DNA of 64,000 nucleotides from an uncultured Candidatus Saccharibacteria bacterium (GTDB taxonomy: Bacteria; Patescibacteriota; Saccharimonadia; Saccharimonadales; CAYOYH01): assembly GCA_964579475.1 (NCBI GenBank), contig CAZOFP010000003.1, forward strand, positions 109 to 64,108, given 5' to 3'. Below the pieces are notes generated by a model, which searched no databases, was not told the DNA's origin, and worked only from the letters and a program-made list of their open reading frames with translations. Positions 46,833 through 54,728 of the stretch are shown here, one piece after another (position 1 is the first letter of the stretch; each line of letters opens with the position of its first letter). A program made the position numbers and the translations under genes.

Positions 46833-47939
46833 ATGACGTCAGAGATAGAGATTACCAGAGTCGGTCCATTAACAGAGGGTGCTTGGGACGGCAGTATATC
46901 ATTGAAAGATCGGTTAGCTACAGGAGAGTTGTTCACTAGTCAGATAGATTTTGCAGTAGGCATCCTTACTTCTCATGCAGGCAGAAAGATTACGGAGGAA
47001 GAAGCTGTAGTTTACAAGGAGAAATACGGTCTAGAGAATATCAATTCAACAACTGGCCCATTATTTGTAAAGACATCACATACTGCACGGAGTCGTTGCG
47101 TTGATGGCAGATGTATTTTGCACTACAACGAATACAATCCAGAGATGTCTGACCGCGAACTAGGACCAATGATTGCAGCTGGCACTGCTGGTGCTGGACT
47201 AACGTTTAGGATGACCCTACAGGCATTAGACGGTGAGCTGTTATCAAAGGGAAAGAAATTAGTCGGGATGGACAAAAAGCCTTTAGTAGCTGCTAGGGGC
47301 GAGGCTAATCTAGGCAAAGACATAGGAGCGATAACAGAGATATTCGAAGAGAACGAGTTGAAAGTTGGCGGACATGGCGATACTCATGCGGCCGAGTCAA
47401 AGGAAAAGACGGGCTGCGGAGCTATAGACAACATGGAGCTAATTGTCGCTATCATGGCAAAGGCTGGAAGAATAGAAGAGCTGCAGAATCTCACTAAAGC
47501 CATGCTCGGGAAGGAGTATAGCGAGAAGGCTTTCAATGCCTTGGTAACTCAAGCGCTCTACATGGCATCACAAGACGAGTATTTTGAGAACAAATCAGAA
47601 GCACTAGCGGAGCTGATGAAGCACGACAAAGATTCAGTCAGTGAACTCGATGGTGACCACAAAGAAGCGCTAGTAATTGTTAACTATGTCACAGATACCA
47701 CTTTCCATAGAGATAGGTTTAGTCATGTTCAAGGAGATGAAGTGGGAGCATTTAACTACGACATCTGGCGCACATTCGAAGTTGCGAAAGTCTTAACATC
47801 GGATAAAGTGATTCCTGATTTGGATGATAATGAGCGTGAATATGCCGAAGCACTTTTCTATACTGCAAGAACAATGTTTACAGTAGGGACACTAATGGTA
47901 CTAACAGACGGTTCATTAGAGTTAGTTGTTAGAAAATAA
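46833..47939 (+). CDS. hypothetical protein (368 aa) appended to the atp operon
   Basis: Strong RBS AAGGAGG, then ATG at 46833, 38 nt after the atpC stop. Motifs RCVDGRC and GGHGDTHAAESKEKTGCGA faintly recall beta-carbonic-anhydrase zinc ligands. Confidence 0.55.
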   Translation: MTSEIEITRVGPLTEGAWDGSISLKDRLATGELFTSQIDFAVGILTSHAGRKITEEEAVVYKEKYGLENINSTTGPLFVKTSHTARSRCVDGRCILHYNEYNPEMSDRELGPMIAAGTAGAGLTFRMTLQALDGELLSKGKKLVGMDKKPLVAARGEANLGKDIGAITEIFEENELKVGGHGDTHAAESKEKTGCGAIDNMELIVAIMAKAGRIEELQNLTKAMLGKEYSEKAFNALVTQALYMASQDEYFENKSEALAELMKHDKDSVSELDGDHKEALVIVNYVTDTTFHRDRFSHVQGDEVGAFNYDIWRTFEVAKVLTSDKVIPDLDDNEREYAEALFYTARTMFTVGTLMVLTDGSLELVVRK

Positions 47940-47953
47940 GTTCAAGTTTGATG

Positions 47954-48557
47954 AACATAGAGACAAGTTATTGGAGATGGGTGACCACGGGCGGTCGCCG
48001 AAAGTTCCGAAGAACTACCGACGACCGCTAGTCGTAGGGGGTTGTCAGACAACCAAGTAACGGAAGTCTGGTGTGCACTTCTTGCTTTGAAGCAACAGCC
48101 TCTCGATCTGTGTTCCCCCATTGCATAGCAGCGACTTGACCACTCCTTCTGCCTGAAAAGAGTCCAGATGACTGATCTCGATGTCAGGAAGCAAAGTGTG
48201 CAGGCATTGGCAACCCAGACTCCCAGCGAGCAACACCGACACACTGTCCTTCTTGCGAAACAATGCATCGTCTTGTCTGAGTGAGCGAAGAGCCTGTAGG
48301 ATTTCGTATTGGAAGGTTGTTGTTTGCACGCTTGGTTGCTGTTCGTCGAGTAATGCAAGTACCCCACCGAAGAAGTGACTAATGATAATCACATCTCCAA
48401 TAGGCATGTGACCGATCAGCTGGTTCTGATCGATTTCACTACATGCGATTGCGAGGATTTTCTCCATGATTTTTCCAATCAAACAAGCTCGTGTGTCGCG
48501 AGCGATGAATCTAGATACCCCTCGAAGTGTTGCTTACTTTCTCCTTGTCTCTATGTT
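47954..48557. repeat. 604-bp unit bracketed by a perfect 14-bp inverted repeat
   Basis: AACATAGAGACAAG at 47954-47967 and CTTGTCTCTATGTT at 48544-48557. Confidence 0.7.
48045..48467 (-). CDS. hypothetical protein (140 aa) inside the IR-bracketed unit
   Basis: Longest ORF of the unit. ATG start at MEKILAIACSE. Weak GS-x11-DIE pattern. Confidence 0.35.
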   Translation of the reverse strand: MEKILAIACSEIDQNQLIGHMPIGDVIIISHFFGGVLALLDEQQPSVQTTTFQYEILQALRSLRQDDALFRKKDSVSVLLAGSLGCQCLHTLLPDIEISHLDSFQAEGVVKSLLCNGGTQIERLLLQSKKCTPDFRYLVV

Positions 48558-48702
48558 GTTAAGTCACCTTCTGGTGATTGCTGTGATTTACAGCTAGGAG
48601 TCGTGTAAACACGACATCTCAAACCCGCAAGGAAAACCCCGCAAATTCGGATAATACACTACAACGTCTTATGATATTTGTAAAGAGTTTTTACAGTAGT
48701 CT

Positions 48703-50319
48703 TTAAGGAGCTGTGTAGGTGACTTCTTCTGAATAAGCTAAGCATTTGTTTGGATTGGCACTTAAATTTTTATTGTATTTACATACCTTAACAAAGTAAG
48801 TTCCGCTAGCGGTAATCTTGTCTGCTAGATTCAAACTACTGCTTTGGGGGCTTGATAGGTACTTGTAGCCACTATTGTCACCGCTTGTGGGGTACGTTGG
48901 GTTACCACTGGTATTCCAGACTATCTTGAAGCCAAAAGGTGCTGTGCCAGTGTAACTCCAGGTTAAATTTGCTCCATCGATAGCGGCAGTAGTTGTACCG
49001 ATATCTACTGCAATAATGGGTGCAGTCACCTGTATGGTGTTGCTGTAATTTGTACATGTGCCGTCGTTGTATATACAAACTCTGATGAAATAAGTGTTAC
49101 CGTCTATCACGCCAAGAACAGTGGAGTAAGTTCCAGCTTTTTGGTAGCTGGCAGAGTTTTCGCCGTAAGTTGGGGTGTTGTCGTTTACAGCGTAGACAAC
49201 TTTGAAGCCATCTGTTGCGCTCAGCCCCTCGACGCTCCAGTTCAGATTAACACCGTCTGTGCCCTGGGAGCCGTTGAGCGAGATACCAACACTCGCTCCA
49301 GGGGTTGGTTCTGGTGCTGGAGTTGGGTCTGGCTTGGGTTCTTCTTTCTTGCCCAGATCTTTGATAAAGCCAAGCTTGTCGGCGAACTCGGAGTTGCTTT
49401 CGTCTTTAGCTTTGTTCCAGTTCAAGAAGTCGTCTTCAGCGAGCTTTTTCAAGTCGAGCTTGGCGACTTTTTCTTTCTTAGCTGCGTCTTTGGTGCTGGT
49501 AAAGTATGCCTCGCCCTCACTTACCTCGGCCTTGTCTTTAACGTCGACTTTGCTTTGGTAGACTTCAACGCCCTTTTCATCCTCCTGGTTAATAGTCATG
49601 TAGGCAGTTCCTTTTGCTTCATAAGATTGGTCGCCAATCGTGACCACGAAAACACGGGTAGTAGATGGAACGACACGGGTGTAGACCTGTCCAGATTCGT
49701 TGTCGACAATCACTTGTTCGGCCGTGAGTTTGGTTAGCGTCACCACGGTGTCGCCGTCTAGTCGGATGGCGCTACCTTCGTCGAGGGTTATGATTGCCCT
49801 AGATGCATCAAGCGTACGCAGGCTGTCGCCCTCCTGAAGATTAGTGCCAGACTCAACCAAATTCCAGCCATTTCCAGTGTTGTACTCAACCTCACCTTCA
49901 ACAGCGGTGACCGCTGCACCTTGGGTGTAGATAATTTCGGAATCATTTGTGCTTACAGGTGTGTCGTGGGTTAGCCATAATGCACCTGCACCAATAATCG
50001 CCAGCACAACGACAATAAGTACACCAACGATAACTTTCTTCGTACTCTTATGGTTTAGGGGATGCTGTTCGCCAGCAGTAGGTAGACGAAATTCGTTACT
50101 TAGTTCTGGTTCAATCTCTGTCCCTTCATCGTCAGACTTCAAGACGTCGTCTTCGGGTTCGTCGGTATCGACTTTAGATTCTTCATCCTTGGTTTCGTCT
50201 ACGCCGACTTTAGATTCTTCATCTTTGTTGTCTGTTTTTTGATCAGGCTTATCTGCTGGAGTCTCAACGGGTTTCTCGTCTTTCGGTTCAACCTCGTCTT
50301 TTACTTCATCTTTAACCAT
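48703..50319 (-). CDS. membrane-anchored FecR-domain protein with two C-terminal FN3/Ig-like repeats
   Basis: Acidic N-terminus, TM (VIVGVLIVVVLAIIGAGALW), FecR-like GEVEYNTGNGW...LQEGDSLRT...ITLDEGSAIRL. Start set to MVKDEV (RBS AAGGGGA). Confidence 0.65.
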   Translation of the reverse strand: MVKDEVKDEVEPKDEKPVETPADKPDQKTDNKDEESKVGVDETKDEESKVDTDEPEDDVLKSDDEGTEIEPELSNEFRLPTAGEQHPLNHKSTKKVIVGVLIVVVLAIIGAGALWLTHDTPVSTNDSEIIYTQGAAVTAVEGEVEYNTGNGWNLVESGTNLQEGDSLRTLDASRAIITLDEGSAIRLDGDTVVTLTKLTAEQVIVDNESGQVYTRVVPSTTRVFVVTIGDQSYEAKGTAYMTINQEDEKGVEVYQSKVDVKDKAEVSEGEAYFTSTKDAAKKEKVAKLDLKKLAEDDFLNWNKAKDESNSEFADKLGFIKDLGKKEEPKPDPTPAPEPTPGASVGISLNGSQGTDGVNLNWSVEGLSATDGFKVVYAVNDNTPTYGENSASYQKAGTYSTVLGVIDGNTYFIRVCIYNDGTCTNYSNTIQVTAPIIAVDIGTTTAAIDGANLTWSYTGTAPFGFKIVWNTSGNPTYPTSGDNSGYKYLSSPQSSSLNLADKITASGTYFVKVCKYNKNLSANPNKCLAYSEEVTYTAP

Positions 50320-50407
50320 GTTTATATCCGTCCCCTTATATAATTTATGAGTATACCGTCTCGGGGCGAATAGTGCTAGTGCTATTCCGTTATGATACAT
50401 TGTTCAC

Positions 50408-51091
50408 ATGAACGGAATCACACTATCTTTGACACGTGGCGAACTAGCTGAAATTCTGCTAATCGGGCTAGTACTGGGCATATTCCTAATAACAGTCGAG
50501 CTGCTCAGCCATCGCGGACACTTGCACCCAGAGTTAGCGCGTAAATCTATACATATTTTCGCTGGCATGCTTTTAGCGACGTTGCCTATTTTTATGATTC
50601 GGCCACAGGTATTTCTAACAAACCTAGCGTTTTTCGTAGCGGTTTTAGTGTTAACTGGCTGGTTACATATATTTCAAGCGGTTCACGCTGTAAAACGTTG
50701 GACTGTAGGTGAGTTTCTGTACCCGTTCGCTGGGGCGTTAATTGTACTATTGTTTGCTGACCTTAGGATCTACAGTATAAGCATTCTGGTCTTGGCAATT
50801 TCTGACAGTTTTGCTGGATTAATCGGCAAGAAGTACGGCGGTAAAGGCTATAAGGTCTGGGGTGGTACCAAGAGTTTAGTGGGTAATACAGTCTTTTTCG
50901 TGACCACACTATTCATACTTGTGAGTTTCGTCCTGATTTCTCTACCGAACGCGGACGCGACCACATGGTTACTGGTTGTTGGCGGTTCCTTTTTTCTGAC
51001 GGGTGTTGAAGCTTTCTTCGGCGGCGGTTTTGACAATTTAATGGTGTCAGTTTTCACCGCACTTCTTACGGCTGCACTATTGTCCTTATAA
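50408..51091 (+). CDS. cytidylyltransferase-family membrane protein (dolichol/phytol kinase-like)
   Basis: ARKSIHIFAG and SDSFAGLIGKKYG...GTKSLVGN motifs. Confidence 0.55.
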   Translation: MNGITLSLTRGELAEILLIGLVLGIFLITVELLSHRGHLHPELARKSIHIFAGMLLATLPIFMIRPQVFLTNLAFFVAVLVLTGWLHIFQAVHAVKRWTVGEFLYPFAGALIVLLFADLRIYSISILVLAISDSFAGLIGKKYGGKGYKVWGGTKSLVGNTVFFVTTLFILVSFVLISLPNADATTWLLVVGGSFFLTGVEAFFGGGFDNLMVSVFTALLTAALLSL

Positions 51092-51094
51092 AAA

Positions 51095-51179
51095 CATAGT
51101 TATATAACTAATTATATAACTCTCGGAATTTACAGAGGTAAAAGCGGTGATCATAGTCGCCGCCATAGTTATATAATTA
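51095..51179. repeat. TTATATAA-box cluster (family C), copy 2
   Basis: CATAGTTATATAACTAATTATATA at 51095-51118 and CATAGTTATATAATTA at 51164-51179. Lies between convergent gene ends and overlaps the cupin stop codon. Confidence 0.8.
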
Positions 51180-51548
51180 TGTTGAGAGAATGTGATCTTC
51201 TGGCGTCCACCCAGGTTTTGACGTGACACAAACCAGTGCAAATTCGCCTGTTGCCGAATGTACTTGGTTGGGCATTATGGTGTGGGAATCACCTACTTGA
51301 AGTACTATTTGTTTGTAGTCTACGAAGAGGTTTAGTGTACCGCTAATGACCTTGTAATCCTCAACAGCTTTCAAGTGATAGTGCGGGGCGGAGCTTTTGA
51401 TTGCAGCTATAGCCTTACTGTAATCACTATGTCTTTTAGTCGGTTCAATCTCACAAATGATTTCTGTTGGGTTGTCTTCGGGTATTTTAATGATCGTCTT
51501 TCCCGGGTATTCATTTTTTAGCTGGCTTATTGCGTCTTTCTCAGTCAT
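51177..51548 (-). CDS. cupin-domain protein
   Basis: HYH..AVEDYKVISG...GDSHTIMPNQVH cupin motifs. Confidence 0.7.
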   Translation of the reverse strand: MTEKDAISQLKNEYPGKTIIKIPEDNPTEIICEIEPTKRHSDYSKAIAAIKSSAPHYHLKAVEDYKVISGTLNLFVDYKQIVLQVGDSHTIMPNQVHSATGEFALVCVTSKPGWTPEDHILST

Positions 51549-54403
51549 TTAGTTTCAGTCTGGCCGATGGGATGGCGACAGTATTTGTGGTCACCCAGGG
51601 GCTCATACTCCCCTGCCTTAATCTTGGTTGGTAGCTCGGCTAATTTCTTCTCCAGATTATCTAGCGTTTTCTCTTGTTTCTTGACCGAACCGATGTGTCC
51701 CGTCTCGACAAAATCGAGCACTAAGAGCTTGGGCATCTCGTCGTTCATAAGACGCCAGGCTTCGGCGTAAAGATTAAGTTGCATACTGGAAGTAGCTCTA
51801 CTTTTGGCTTTTTTCTCGGTGTTGGCGGTGGTTCCGGTTTTGTAGTCTGTTATGATTACGCCTTCCTCGGTTTCGAAAACAGCATCAATTCTTCCCTTCA
51901 CTATTAACTTAGTGTCAGGTATCAGTACACGAAATGGCGCCTCGACATTGCTCGGTGGAGATTCAGCTACCAGGCGTTTGTAGATTTTTTCTAGAGTTTT
52001 AGCACCCTGTTGATGTGCACGTTCTCGTTGCTTTACGGAATGGTACCCAGCTACTGGCCACTGTCCCTCGACAGATTCGAGGATTTCTTCGAGTGTTGGA
52101 ACGGTGCCACTTATCATACCTAGATGAATTTTTTGAATCTGCTCGTGGATGAGCGTGCCATATGAGCTGGAAGGGTTCGGTGCTTGGGGTACGTTTAGAA
52201 CGTGTCGATAATAAAAATCTAGCGGACAACGCAGGAAATCGCCGACTTGGCTGGCGCTGAGCACGACATTTTCTCCGTCGAGCATTCTGGCTGGAAGCGG
52301 CACTTCTTTTTTGCTGGTAGTTCCGGAAAAAAGCTCCAAGCCGATTTGGTTTAGAGTTTCACTAGAACTGTCTTCGTGGCTTAGCATTGCTTCAGGAATT
52401 TCGTTTAGGAAACGGGAGGGCCTGCGCTTAGTTACACCCGTGTGAGTGTCGCTGTAGCTTAGGGTTAAGTTCTTTTTGGCTCGGGTAATCGAAACATACA
52501 TTAGTCGACGTTCCTCTGCTAGATGGTCGTCGGCTGCAGTTTGAACTTTTAATTCTTCAGGCAGTTCAAGTGAGGAGGGGCGGGCGCGCATGGGGAACGA
52601 ACCTTCTGTCAGGTCAACAACGTAGACGTGCTCCCATTCCAGACCTTTGGCTTTGTGGATAGTCAGAACGTTTACCGCCACGTCAGATAGCGCCATACTG
52701 TCATCGCTAAGGTCGGCACCAGCAGATTTTAGCGCAGGAAGATTGTTCAGGTAGTTGAGTGTGCTGGGAGTATCTGCGATACGTTCGAATTCTTTTAACG
52801 TTGAGAAGAACTGGCTAAGCGCTTGGACTTGGTGAGCCACCAAAGGGTCGCTGGTAGCTTCTAGGTAGAGTTTGTCTTTCCAACCACTGTCGTCGAGGAT
52901 TTCGAAAGCTACTTGGCCGACAGTTTTTTCATGGACACTTGAGCGCCATCTGTCTATTTGCTCTAGCGCTACTTTAACCTTTGGGTTATCAAGTTGCTCT
53001 AGCTCGTCAACCAGGCGTCCGTGAACCCTACTAGCGGCCGAGGAAGTCTCGCTAAGTGTTTTGGAATCAATGTCAAACAATACACTACCGAGCGTATGGA
53101 AAAGAGCTACGTCATCCTGGGGGTCGCTAACGACTTTTAGTGCTTCTATGACAGTTGTTACGACGGGTTGCTGGTACATATCGGATTTAATGCCAGCGAC
53201 AACATGCTCGATATTGTTAGCTTCCAACGTTTCATGGATTTTCCTCACCACAACGTTGCGTCGTGAAAGTACTGCAATTTCCCCGGGCGGAGTGCCGTCT
53301 TGGAGTTTGCCAGCAATATCTTCTGCCAGCCAGCCAAGCTCAGAATCTAGTGAAGCGAAATGCATCACCTTCGGTTTTGACCCACTTAGCATGTTGGAAT
53401 GAAGCTTCTTGTCTAGTTTGTTGATTGCCTCAAGGCGGTTAGGGTTGTTGTTTTGGATTAGTTCGTAGCCGGCGTCGAGTATCTCCTGCGAGGATCGATA
53501 ATTTTCGATTAAAGTGGTTCCTTTGGCTTTTGGATAGGTTTTTTTGAACTCGAGAATGTTTTTAAGAGTTGCACCGCGCCAGCCGTAGATACTTTGGTCG
53601 TCGTCGCCCACTACCATCAAATTTTGTTCACTGCCGGCTAATTGCTTGAGTAGTTCTGATTGCATGGGATTCGTGTCCTGGAATTCGTCTACTAGGATGA
53701 ATTTGTATTTGTTTGATAATTTTTTTCGTACGTTCGGGCGCCTGCGCATGAGTTCGAGGCTAAGGTAAATCTGGTCGTCATAGTCGATGACGGAGTTTTG
53801 CCTACAGAGCTGAATATATTTACCGTAAGCATTTGCGACTTCCTGGTGTTTTTGTTTTTCGAGTTTTGTCTCTTCGTCACTCTCGGGAAATTTGTCTGCA
53901 TATTTTTCATACGTCTCAGGTGTGATTACTTGTTGTTTAAGCAGAGAAAAGTAGTCGCTTAGGTTTTTCAGCTGGCTATCTGGACTAGACACTGGAGCGT
54001 AGTAGTCTAAACCTAGTTCGTCCAGATGCTCCTTTAAAAAAACAAGCTGCCCTGTTTCGCCCATTAGTTTTTGGTTGGGGCTAAGCCCGATGTCTGGTGC
54101 ATACGTTTGTAAGATTTCTGAGCCAAATGCGTTGTAGGTAGAGATAGTGATATCAAAAGTGAATCCACCACGCAGTTCGTTTACACGGTCGAGCATCTCG
54201 GCAGCAGCCTTTTCGGTGAAAGTCAGTGCCAGGATGTTCTCTGGTGCCTCACCACGCTCTATGAGTTTGAGTATTCTATCAACTATGACCTTAGTCTTCC
54301 CTGTTCCGGCACCGGCAACGACTAGCGCCGGGCCTTTGCCGTGGTCGACGGCTCTTCTTTGGGCGTCGTTAAGACTTTTGTATTCCTCCTGAAAATTGTT
54401 CAT
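51545..54403 (-). CDS. UvrD/PcrA-type helicase fused to a C-terminal PD-(D/E)xK (RecB-like) nuclease
   Basis: AGAGTGKT, VDEFQDTN, TIHKAKGLEW helicase motifs. C-terminal GRIDAVFETEEGVIITDYKTG nuclease motif. Confidence 0.88.
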   Translation of the reverse strand: MNNFQEEYKSLNDAQRRAVDHGKGPALVVAGAGTGKTKVIVDRILKLIERGEAPENILALTFTEKAAAEMLDRVNELRGGFTFDITISTYNAFGSEILQTYAPDIGLSPNQKLMGETGQLVFLKEHLDELGLDYYAPVSSPDSQLKNLSDYFSLLKQQVITPETYEKYADKFPESDEETKLEKQKHQEVANAYGKYIQLCRQNSVIDYDDQIYLSLELMRRRPNVRKKLSNKYKFILVDEFQDTNPMQSELLKQLAGSEQNLMVVGDDDQSIYGWRGATLKNILEFKKTYPKAKGTTLIENYRSSQEILDAGYELIQNNNPNRLEAINKLDKKLHSNMLSGSKPKVMHFASLDSELGWLAEDIAGKLQDGTPPGEIAVLSRRNVVVRKIHETLEANNIEHVVAGIKSDMYQQPVVTTVIEALKVVSDPQDDVALFHTLGSVLFDIDSKTLSETSSAASRVHGRLVDELEQLDNPKVKVALEQIDRWRSSVHEKTVGQVAFEILDDSGWKDKLYLEATSDPLVAHQVQALSQFFSTLKEFERIADTPSTLNYLNNLPALKSAGADLSDDSMALSDVAVNVLTIHKAKGLEWEHVYVVDLTEGSFPMRARPSSLELPEELKVQTAADDHLAEERRLMYVSITRAKKNLTLSYSDTHTGVTKRRPSRFLNEIPEAMLSHEDSSSETLNQIGLELFSGTTSKKEVPLPARMLDGENVVLSASQVGDFLRCPLDFYYRHVLNVPQAPNPSSSYGTLIHEQIQKIHLGMISGTVPTLEEILESVEGQWPVAGYHSVKQRERAHQQGAKTLEKIYKRLVAESPPSNVEAPFRVLIPDTKLIVKGRIDAVFETEEGVIITDYKTGTTANTEKKAKSRATSSMQLNLYAEAWRLMNDEMPKLLVLDFVETGHIGSVKKQEKTLDNLEKKLAELPTKIKAGEYEPLGDHKYCRHPIGQTETK

Positions 54404-54472
54404 ATATAGTTTAAGTATACAGTACCTACGAGTTTGACTTAATCGCTAATTAGATGCATAATACGTCAAGAT

Positions 54473-54670
54473 ATGATTAAGAAAGTGTTGCTACTACTAG
54501 CGTTAATTACCCTTGCAACTGTCGCCCTGGTGTCTTTCCAAAACAGCCAGAATAAAGCAGCGATTGAGAGCTTTGAAGACTGTGTGGCAGCTGGTTACCC
54601 TGTTCTTGAGATCTATCCAGAACAATGCAACGTGCCAGATGGCCCGAGTTTTACGCGCCAGATAAACTAA
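54473..54670 (+). CDS. small secreted protein (65 aa)
   Basis: Signal-like MIKKVLLLLALITLATVALV, two Cys. Confidence 0.45.
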   Translation: MIKKVLLLLALITLATVALVSFQNSQNKAAIESFEDCVAAGYPVLEIYPEQCNVPDGPSFTRQIN

Positions 54671-54682
54671 ATATCGCTTAAC

Positions 54683-54714
54683 AAAAAAATAGCTCCCAGT
54701 GCGGGAGCTATTTT
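54683..54714. terminator. bidirectional rho-independent terminator
   Basis: AAAAAAA TAGCTCCC AGTGC GGGAGCTA TTTT between convergent genes. Confidence 0.8.
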
Positions 54715-54728
54715 AAGCTTAGTCTTTG

